Notes under the pieces: model-generated | What the model was told of the DNA's origin: nothing | What the model saw: the letters and a program-made list of their open reading frames with translations, nothing else | Databases searched by the model: none | Made by a program: the position numbers and the translations under genes | Part shown: positions 43,917 to 51,352 of the stretch, piece by piece | Position numbering within the stretch: the first letter of the stretch is position 1 | Layout of the letters: each line of letters opens with the position of its first letter | Source: Candidatus Gastranaerophilus phascolarcticola | GTDB lineage: Bacteria > Cyanobacteriota > Vampirovibrionia > Gastranaerophilales > Gastranaerophilaceae | Assembly: GCA_001899335.1 (NCBI GenBank) | Contig: MOYE01000004.1 | Coordinates: 198,264 to 262,263 of the forward strand | DNA length: 64,000 nucleotides | Direction: 5' to 3'

Positions 43917-46805
43917 TTAGAAGAGGCTTAACTGTTGTGAATTATCTTTTTCTTTGAAAACTTTTTCAAATTTGCTTAAGTTTAAAAGGTCGTTTTCTAT
44001 TTTTTCCAAAAACGGCGAAATCGGTAATTCGCGCATTAATCCCTGCCACTTGCGCTTTTGCGCGCGTGAAAGGAACAAACGTTCTTCCGCACGTGTCATA
44101 CCAACGTAAAGCAATCGGCGTTCTTCCTCAATTTCGGAAGGCTCTTTTGCGCGGTATAGAGGCAAAATTCCGTCCTCAAGCCCTGTGATAAACACGCATT
44201 TGAATTCCAAACCCTTTGAGGAATGCAGGGTCATAAGCGTGATTCTGTCAGCACGTTTGTCGAGGGTGTCAGCTTCAGTTGACATTGAAACCTCGTGGAT
44301 AAAGTCGTCCTTTGCTCTGTGAGTTTTCGCAAGGACAACGAGGAAATTCCAAATGTTATCCTCGATTTTATCGGCAAATTCTTCTTTCAGTGCTGAAAGC
44401 TGTATATCTACATCCTCATCGTTCAGGCATGAAAGCAGCTTATGAACGGCTTTTTTCTCGCAAAGCGGTTCGTTTGAAAGCGCAACGAACGGCATACCTG
44501 TACGCTGCAATGCCTCAATAAGCGGTGGGAGCTGGGAGGAGGTGCGGTAAAGAATAGCAAAATCTGAGAATGAATAATCGCATTCCTGCCCTGTTGAACG
44601 CTCGGAATCTATTGAAAACAGGCTATGTCCGCCGATAAGATTTTCTATCGTACTTGCGACAAATTCCGCCTCTGCCTTGTCCGTCGGTGCCGTGTGAATT
44701 GTAATTTTATCATGCGGCTTTTCATACATCGAAACAATGTTGAACTCCTGAATCATTTGGTTTGACGCATTAACAATGTTTCCTGTTGAACGGTAATTAT
44801 TTTTAAGGTTTATGACTTTCGTCTGCGGATAATCCTGTGTGAAATTCTTGAAAAATTTGGAATCCCCGCCGCGGAACCCGTAAATTGCCTGATTAGGGTC
44901 GCCGATTGCACAAATTTTGCCATCCTCCGGCACCAGCAGGCGGATTAATTTATATTGATTTTCGTCAATATCTTGATACTCGTCCACTGAAACATATTGA
45001 AAACGCTCTCTGTACATTGCCATAATGTCCGGGTTTTCTTCTAAAAGTTTTACAGTTAGAGTGATAAGTTCATCAAACCCAAGAGCGTTTTCATCCGCAC
45101 AAAGTTCTTTTTCCTGTTCGCTCATAACCCTGAAATCCGGGTGCAAGCCAGCTGTTTCATGATTTTCTTTCAGGATTTCAAAGCATAACGAGTGGAAAGT
45201 ATGTATGTTTAAATCCTTTGCGGTTTCGCCCAAAAGTTTTGTTAAACGTTCGCGCATCTCCTGTGCTGCACGGCGCGTAAAAGTTATTGCAAGACAGTTT
45301 GCTGTTTTAAGCCCTGTATCTGAAATCAGGTGTGCAATTCTGCGGGTTAAAACCGTTGTCTTACCTGAACCGGGACCCGCTACGATTAAAAGTTGTCCGT
45401 GCGTTTCGTTCACGGCAGCCTGCTGTTGTTCGTCAAGCCCTGATTTTTTCGGTTTCTCCGGCGTAATAATCTGTGGCTCCACAACAACTTTTGGTACAAA
45501 TTTTTCAACTGTTTGCATTGGGGCTGCCGGCATGTCAATAAGTTTTAAGTTGACGTACTTTTTGTTTACAAGTTCGTCTTCCTCAAACAATTTTATCACA
45601 CCGTATTCGCCGTCATAACCCGCGTGTTTGATAACTTTTCCCTGGCGGAGGCGCGAAATTCCTTCACCCAATAGCGGCGAAATTTTTGTGATATCGTCAA
45701 CAGGAATTTCGCGCAGTATTGAAAGTTCAGAACCCAGTTTTTGCGTAATCCTTTCGTATTCTGTAACCACGGATTTGCTGCCCACGCCAACGCCTAAAAT
45801 TTCGGAGATAATTTCAGGGAGCGGGACGAGGCTGAACACTTGTCCTGCTGTCGCTGGCGGTGTAAAATCGCCTTTGCGGTCAGAAAGTTCATTGACACGG
45901 TATGAAACCCCGATTGTTAAAGGCTTCCCGCACACCGGACAAATTCCGTTGAGAGCCTTTGTCTCTTCAGGTGTCAGGCAAACATTGCATTTTCTGTGCC
46001 CGTCTTCGTGGTATTTGCCTTCTTCCGGGAAGAATTCAACAGTGCCGACGTAGCCGCTGCCGGTTTTCAAGGCGTTCATAATGCTAAAATAATCAGGATT
46101 AGTGTCAAAAACTGTTGCTTCACGTGCAAGTTTTGCAGGCGAATGCGCGTCAGAATTTGACACAAGGCGGAAACGGTCAAGGCGTGATACGTGCCAATTC
46201 ATTTCAGGATCAGAGGACAGCCCGGTTTCTACGGCAAAAATATGGTCTGATAAATCTTCATAGCATTCTTCAATTGAGTCAAAACCTGATTTTGACCCCA
46301 AAACAGAAAACCACGGGGTCCAAATATGCGCAGGGATTATATAAGCGCCATCACCGGATTCAAGTGTCGTTTCAAGCAAACTTCTTGAATCCAACCCTAA
46401 AATAGGTCTGCCATCAGAAGTTATATTACCGATTGCACCGAGTTTTTGTCGGAAATTTTCTGCGCTTTCCAAATTCGGCATAAAACAAACATGGTGAACT
46501 TTACGTGTTTTATCCCATTTTTTGTAAATAGTTGAAATCTCGACTGATAAAATAAATCTTACCGGTTCTTCGTCGGGGTTAAAAATTGTTTTTTCAATAT
46601 CAGGACGAAGTCTGTACGTGCCCTCATCTGCAGGAACAAGTTTTTCTTTTATTTCGTTAAACCATGCAGGATGCGTGAAGTCACCTGTTGAGATGACGCT
46701 TAATCCCTTTTTCTTTGCCCAAAAAGCGAGGTGTTCAAGGTCGCAGTCACGACTGGTTGCACGCGAATATTTTGAATGAATATGTAAATCTGAATAGAAA
46801 AACAT
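43917..46805 (-). CDS. fusion protein: N-terminal PHP-domain/zinc-finger module (endonuclease Q-like) plus C-terminal UvrD/PcrA-type helicase
   Basis: 962 aa. N-terminal part: SDLHIHSKYSRATS, IPAHIWTPWFS, NSDAHSP, CNVC...CPVCG and GYDGEYG. C-terminal part: AGPGSGKTT, TFTRRAAQEM, VDEYQDID, GDPNQAIYGFRGG, NYRS, HSSKGLEF and VGMTRAEERL. Confidence 0.8.
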   Translation of the reverse strand: MFFYSDLHIHSKYSRATSRDCDLEHLAFWAKKKGLSVISTGDFTHPAWFNEIKEKLVPADEGTYRLRPDIEKTIFNPDEEPVRFILSVEISTIYKKWDKTRKVHHVCFMPNLESAENFRQKLGAIGNITSDGRPILGLDSRSLLETTLESGDGAYIIPAHIWTPWFSVLGSKSGFDSIEECYEDLSDHIFAVETGLSSDPEMNWHVSRLDRFRLVSNSDAHSPAKLAREATVFDTNPDYFSIMNALKTGSGYVGTVEFFPEEGKYHEDGHRKCNVCLTPEETKALNGICPVCGKPLTIGVSYRVNELSDRKGDFTPPATAGQVFSLVPLPEIISEILGVGVGSKSVVTEYERITQKLGSELSILREIPVDDITKISPLLGEGISRLRQGKVIKHAGYDGEYGVIKLFEEDELVNKKYVNLKLIDMPAAPMQTVEKFVPKVVVEPQIITPEKPKKSGLDEQQQAAVNETHGQLLIVAGPGSGKTTVLTRRIAHLISDTGLKTANCLAITFTRRAAQEMRERLTKLLGETAKDLNIHTFHSLCFEILKENHETAGLHPDFRVMSEQEKELCADENALGFDELITLTVKLLEENPDIMAMYRERFQYVSVDEYQDIDENQYKLIRLLVPEDGKICAIGDPNQAIYGFRGGDSKFFKNFTQDYPQTKVINLKNNYRSTGNIVNASNQMIQEFNIVSMYEKPHDKITIHTAPTDKAEAEFVASTIENLIGGHSLFSIDSERSTGQECDYSFSDFAILYRTSSQLPPLIEALQRTGMPFVALSNEPLCEKKAVHKLLSCLNDEDVDIQLSALKEEFADKIEDNIWNFLVVLAKTHRAKDDFIHEVSMSTEADTLDKRADRITLMTLHSSKGLEFKCVFITGLEDGILPLYRAKEPSEIEEERRLLYVGMTRAEERLFLSRAQKRKWQGLMRELPISPFLEKIENDLLNLSKFEKVFKEKDNSQQLSLF

Positions 46806-46816
46806 TTTGCTCCCCT

Positions 46817-47296
46817 TTATACTATATATTTTTGTAAAATAAGTTTTTTTAATGCACGAGCATTCACCGCATCAGGCTCAAGTTGAAGAAGTTTTTCAAG
46901 ATATTCTAGCGCAGCGTGGTAGTTTTCAAGTTTTTTCTGAAGAGCCGCCATTGCATAAAGTGCATCAATGAATTTCGGGTCAAGTTCGAGCGCTTTTTCC
47001 AAATCTTCTGCGGTTTTTTGCAAATCAGGATTAATATCTTTTCTTGTGAGGTTTATATAAGCGCGGTTGTAATATGCATCGGTCATACGGGGGTTGAGTT
47101 GAATTGCCTTTGTATAATCAAGCATGGCATCGTCAAATTTTTCGAGAGCCTGCGAAGCAACGGCACGATAAAAATAAGGAATTTCCCAGTCGCGTTTGAG
47201 CTCAATGGATTGATTAATTTTATTAATAGCGTCATTAAACCTTCCGTTTCGTATATCAAATATTCCGTCGTCTAAAAGTGTTTTGTAGTCTGTCAT
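46817..47296 (-). CDS. tetratricopeptide-repeat protein
   Basis: 159 aa with three or four TPR units (e.g. YFYRAVASQALEKFDDAMLDYTKAIQLNP and AYYNRAYINL). Confidence 0.8.
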   Translation of the reverse strand: MTDYKTLLDDGIFDIRNGRFNDAINKINQSIELKRDWEIPYFYRAVASQALEKFDDAMLDYTKAIQLNPRMTDAYYNRAYINLTRKDINPDLQKTAEDLEKALELDPKFIDALYAMAALQKKLENYHAALEYLEKLLQLEPDAVNARALKKLILQKYIV

Positions 47297-47305
47297 AAAT
47301 TTTCC

Positions 47306-48355
47306 TTATTGGTTAATTATTTCATCTATATATTCTTGCCATTTTTTTGTTCTGTAGAAAAGTGCGCGTCTACTCATTCGTTTATAATAAGGGCGTATGT
47401 TTTCATCCGTAATTATTACTTCTTCATATTTGCTCTTAATCTTTTCTGCAAACCTGTTGACAAGTGCATATTCTTTAAATGCTACACCAAGCATTTGAAA
47501 ATCAAAAACCGGTTTTGAAAGTGATTTATACATAATATTCGTAGTGGTTTTTGTTGTCTTGTATATTAAACAGTTTTTGAAAGCATCGTTACCAAAAATA
47601 GTTTTACACAAGTCTATGGAATCCTTAAATTTTTTTCTTAATTCTGCAATATTTTCCTCAATGTATTTTTTATTTGTTATTTCATTTTTTTTTGTCAAAT
47701 AATTATCTAAAAATTCTGCCATATTTCCGTTATAATGGGCAAAATCTTCATAAAGCGCAAGAAAACGCAAAACGTATTCTTCTTTTTCCATTCTGTCTAT
47801 CTTGGAATTATTGAAAAAAGTAGAAAAATTATTATAATTCGCAAGTTCCCGTATTAATTCCGTGTACGGACCATTGTGTATACAGTTCCGTATTTCCTGT
47901 GCATTAAGATGTACGCCCCCGGTATTAAATCGTTCAAATATGTCAAAAATTATTTTTTCATCCTCTACATTTTCTATTATTACAAGGTTTAATATATAGT
48001 TTAGGACTGTATTTTGAATACTTTGCGGCAATTCTTTATAATACAAACCGTTGAACTGTTCATAATGTGACAAACCTTTTAAAGGAAACAGGTTATTCAA
48101 AAAGTTTTTGATAGAAGTTAAGCGTTGCTGTCCGTCAATAACAACGTAGTTTCCCTCTTTTTCAAATAAATATATTGACGGTATCGGGAAAGAAAGCAAA
48201 ATAGTTTCAATTAATTTGCTTGCTTTTTCATTATCCCAAACATAGTTACGTTGAAAAATAGGCTGAATAACAATATTTTTGTTAGATATATATAAATCCT
48301 CGACTGTAGCATTTCTTGTATGCGCATATATTCGATTATAATATTCGACTGTCAT
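47306..48355 (-). CDS. DUF262 (ParB/Srx-like) domain protein without DUF1524/HNH domain
   Basis: 349 aa. QPIFQRNYVWDNEKASKLIETILLSFPIP and the VVIDGQQRLTSI motif. Confidence 0.8.
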   Translation of the reverse strand: MTVEYYNRIYAHTRNATVEDLYISNKNIVIQPIFQRNYVWDNEKASKLIETILLSFPIPSIYLFEKEGNYVVIDGQQRLTSIKNFLNNLFPLKGLSHYEQFNGLYYKELPQSIQNTVLNYILNLVIIENVEDEKIIFDIFERFNTGGVHLNAQEIRNCIHNGPYTELIRELANYNNFSTFFNNSKIDRMEKEEYVLRFLALYEDFAHYNGNMAEFLDNYLTKKNEITNKKYIEENIAELRKKFKDSIDLCKTIFGNDAFKNCLIYKTTKTTTNIMYKSLSKPVFDFQMLGVAFKEYALVNRFAEKIKSKYEEVIITDENIRPYYKRMSRRALFYRTKKWQEYIDEIINQ

Positions 48356-48396
48356 AGGTTTATTATATGTTATCTGATGATTATAGTAAAGGTGTA

Positions 48397-49461
48397 TTAA
48401 GAAATATAATTATCATAAATAATTTTGCCTACTTTATCCTGTAATTTTCGCAGAGCGGTTTTTAAATCCTGTTTACCTGATAATTCAGGGTTCAAAAACG
48501 GGCTCTTCTTAACAAAATTTATGTATTCCAAATAGATTTTGTCTGCGTTACGGCTTACTTCTGCCAAATCTAATTCTGCAAAGCATAACATTTGAATGTC
48601 AAAAACTTTTGATGAAAACGAACTGAAACCATACTTGTCACCCTTTTTCTCCCTTTTATAATTCTTGTAAGCATTGTTTTTAAATACAATTTTACAAGCA
48701 TCTACAGCTTTTTTAAAAGTTTTTTCCAATTCACGGGTTTGTTTCCTAAATTCTTCTGCGGTTAATGAATCTAAATGCTGCTTACTATCATAATACGCAG
48801 TAATGTAATTATTGATGTCGTTTAATGAATATCGGTTATTTTCAAACATTGCTAAAAAGCGTGCTGCAAATTCTTCTTTTGCCATACGTAAACTCTTGTT
48901 TTTGGGAATTAATTCATCGTATGGTGCGTATTTTGCTAAATTATTTTTGATTAAATCGTTAAATTTTCCCTCGAATACACAGTTACGTATTTCTTGCGGT
49001 TTTAAAGTCATAATACCGGTATTATATCTTTCAAAGATTTTGTAAATAATTTTCTTGTCAATAACATTTTTAATACATTTAGAATCTAATGTATAATCTA
49101 AAATTCTGTTTTGAAGTTGTTCATTAAGTTGGTTAAAATAAAAGCCGTTTAGACTTGGAATATCTTTGAGCCCGCTAAGTTTATAACTATTTTTTAAGAA
49201 TTTTCTGATTGCTGTTAACCGTTGCTGTCCGTCTATTACGTAAAATTTGCCGTCAACATGGTGATGATATAAAGAAATTGGCGGTATCGGCAAACCTAAT
49301 ATTATACTTTCAATCAAGCAGCTTGCTTTGTTTACATCCCAAACATATTGTCTTTGAAATGAGGGCTGAAGGACATATTTGTGTTCTTTTTTCTCATCTA
49401 AAAAGTCACAAACTGAAAAGTTTTTATTTTCAACTAATACATTATATTTTTCAAAATCCAT
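48397..49461 (-). CDS. DUF262 (ParB/Srx-like) domain protein, paralogue of its neighbour
   Basis: 354 aa. QPSFQRQYVWDVNKASCLIESIILGLPIP and YVIDGQQRLTAI. Colinear similarity to the neighbour along the whole length. Confidence 0.8.
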   Translation of the reverse strand: MDFEKYNVLVENKNFSVCDFLDEKKEHKYVLQPSFQRQYVWDVNKASCLIESIILGLPIPPISLYHHHVDGKFYVIDGQQRLTAIRKFLKNSYKLSGLKDIPSLNGFYFNQLNEQLQNRILDYTLDSKCIKNVIDKKIIYKIFERYNTGIMTLKPQEIRNCVFEGKFNDLIKNNLAKYAPYDELIPKNKSLRMAKEEFAARFLAMFENNRYSLNDINNYITAYYDSKQHLDSLTAEEFRKQTRELEKTFKKAVDACKIVFKNNAYKNYKREKKGDKYGFSSFSSKVFDIQMLCFAELDLAEVSRNADKIYLEYINFVKKSPFLNPELSGKQDLKTALRKLQDKVGKIIYDNYIS

Positions 49462-49540
49462 TTTATCTCCTTTCCAATGTCTAATTCTTTATATCATAGA
49501 ATGGCGCCTAACTTCAACAATGTATTGTTGGGTAAATATC

Positions 49541-49578
49541 AAAAAAAGACCTTTTTTATATCTAAAAAGGTCTTTTTA
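49541..49578. terminator. bidirectional intrinsic terminator
   Basis: AAAAAGACC...GGTCTTTTT is a stem flanked by A and T runs, 23 nt past the stop of CoA-transferase subunit B. Confidence 0.75.
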
Positions 49579-49600
49579 ATAATTTTAAAATAAATTAGGA

Positions 49601-50332
49601 TTATATTTCCATTAACTTGACATTTTCGCTGACTTTGAAGTCTGCGGTTACACTTGCTTTGATATCGTCAATCGTAAAGTGCGGATTAACTTCGGTCAGA
49701 ATAAGTCCGTCAGGAGTTACTTCAAATACACAGCGCTCGGTGATGATTAAATCAACTTCACGATATGCTGTTAATGGTAATGTGCATTTTTTCAGAATTT
49801 TCTTTTCGCCCTTTGAAGTGTGTTCCATCGCAACTATTACTCGTTTTGCGCCAACAACCAAATCCATTGAGCCGCCCATTCCGGGGATTAACTTTCCTGG
49901 AATCATCCAGCTTGCAATACTTCCCTCTTCGTCAACCTGCAATGCGCCCAAAACTGTTGCGTCGATATGACCGCCGCGCATCATTGTCAGTGCAGTTGCG
50001 GAATCAAAGAAACAAGCACCCTCTTGCACCTCAACCAGCCCGCCGCCTGCGTTGATAATATGCGGGTCGGGGTTAGCCCCGCTTTGGCTTTTTCCAATTC
50101 CTAAAAGCCCGTTTTCGGATTGGAAAATTACGTGTTTTTCTTCTGGAACATAATCCGCTGCAGCTGTTGGAAGCCCAATACCAAGTGTGACTACATCGCC
50201 GTCTTTAAATTCTTTTGCAACACGTCTTGCAATAATTTCTCTTATTTGCTCTTTGGTTAGAGCAAAATCGCTTGAACGCTGGTATTGTTGTTCAATTTTG
50301 TCTTGTAGCGCTTGATTGATTGTTAAATTCAT
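49601..50332 (-). CDS. CoA-transferase subunit B (3-oxoacid/acetate CoA-transferase family)
   Basis: 243 aa. VTLGIGLPT and the catalytic-Glu SENG motif (FQSENGLLG). ATGA overlap with subunit A. Confidence 0.88.
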   Translation of the reverse strand: MNLTINQALQDKIEQQYQRSSDFALTKEQIREIIARRVAKEFKDGDVVTLGIGLPTAAADYVPEEKHVIFQSENGLLGIGKSQSGANPDPHIINAGGGLVEVQEGACFFDSATALTMMRGGHIDATVLGALQVDEEGSIASWMIPGKLIPGMGGSMDLVVGAKRVIVAMEHTSKGEKKILKKCTLPLTAYREVDLIITERCVFEVTPDGLILTEVNPHFTIDDIKASVTADFKVSENVKLMEI

Positions 50333-50985
50333 TCGTTTTCTCCGCTATTTATAACAATGTAATCAATAAATAATCCCGGAATTACAACATCATCAGGGTT
50401 TATGCTGTCAACGAGCTCATCTGCCTGAATAATAACCGTATCTGCCGCTGTTGCCATAATAGTGTTCATATTTCTGGTTGTTCCGTGGAAAGTTACGTTG
50501 CCGTATTTGTCAACTTTCGAACCGTAAATAAGTGCGAAGTCAGCGCCAATCGGACGTTCAAAAATAAATTTTTTACCGTCAACATTTATTGTTTCTTTGT
50601 GTTCTTCTAAAATTGTACCAACGCCGGTTGGGGTTAAAATTCCGCCCATTCCCGTACCTTTTGCGCGGATACGTTCCACAAGAGTGCCCATTGGAACAAG
50701 TTCAACATCAAGTTCGCCGGCAGTCATTTGGCGACCGGTTTCAGGGTTTGTGCCTATGTGTGTTGTGATAACTTTTTTTACTTGTTTATTTACAATAAGT
50801 TTTCCTTTATCCGCAGTTGGGATTGAGGTGTCGTTTGAAATCATTGTTAATTTTTGGACATTCTGTGCTACTAATTCGTCAATTAGTTTGTCCGGTGTGC
50901 CACAGCTTAAAAACCCGCCGACCATTATGGTTGCGCCGTCTTTGATTTGGCTTATTGCTTCTTTTGCGGAAACTATCTTTTTCAT
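50329..50985 (-). CDS. CoA-transferase subunit A
   Basis: 218 aa. IKDGATIMVGGF and the overall AtoD/ScoA pattern. Confidence 0.88.
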   Translation of the reverse strand: MKKIVSAKEAISQIKDGATIMVGGFLSCGTPDKLIDELVAQNVQKLTMISNDTSIPTADKGKLIVNKQVKKVITTHIGTNPETGRQMTAGELDVELVPMGTLVERIRAKGTGMGGILTPTGVGTILEEHKETINVDGKKFIFERPIGADFALIYGSKVDKYGNVTFHGTTRNMNTIMATAADTVIIQADELVDSINPDDVVIPGLFIDYIVINSGENE

Positions 50986-51094
50986 ATACCCCTAATATTT
51001 ACTGATGTTACTATTCTAGTATAAAAAATAAAATTTGTAAAATATTAAACGTTCGGGCAATAAAAAATTTGCGCATTTGTGCAAAGAATATTTT

Positions 51095-51352
51095 ATGAAA
51101 AAAAGAGATGATGTTTATAAAAATCGCGGACTTCATAAATATGGTGATGTAGAGTTCGCAGACAGTGTTAATGATAAATACCCGATAGACACGCCGGAAC
51201 ATATTCGTGCGGCGTGGTCATATTTTCATATGCCGCGGGATTTTGAAAAATATTCCGAGAAAGACAGGCAGGAAATAAAGAATAAAATTATCAAGGCGTG
51301 GAAAGAGAAAATTTCTCCCGACGGTCCGCCGGCTAGAGATAAATCTATTTAA
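51095..51352 (+). CDS. small conserved hypothetical protein (DUF6582-like pattern)
   Basis: Start chosen at MKKRDD. KYGDVEFADSVNDKYPIDTPEHIRAAWSYFHMP resembles a small family I recall as often phage-associated. Confidence 0.5.
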   Translation: MKKRDDVYKNRGLHKYGDVEFADSVNDKYPIDTPEHIRAAWSYFHMPRDFEKYSEKDRQEIKNKIIKAWKEKISPDGPPARDKSI

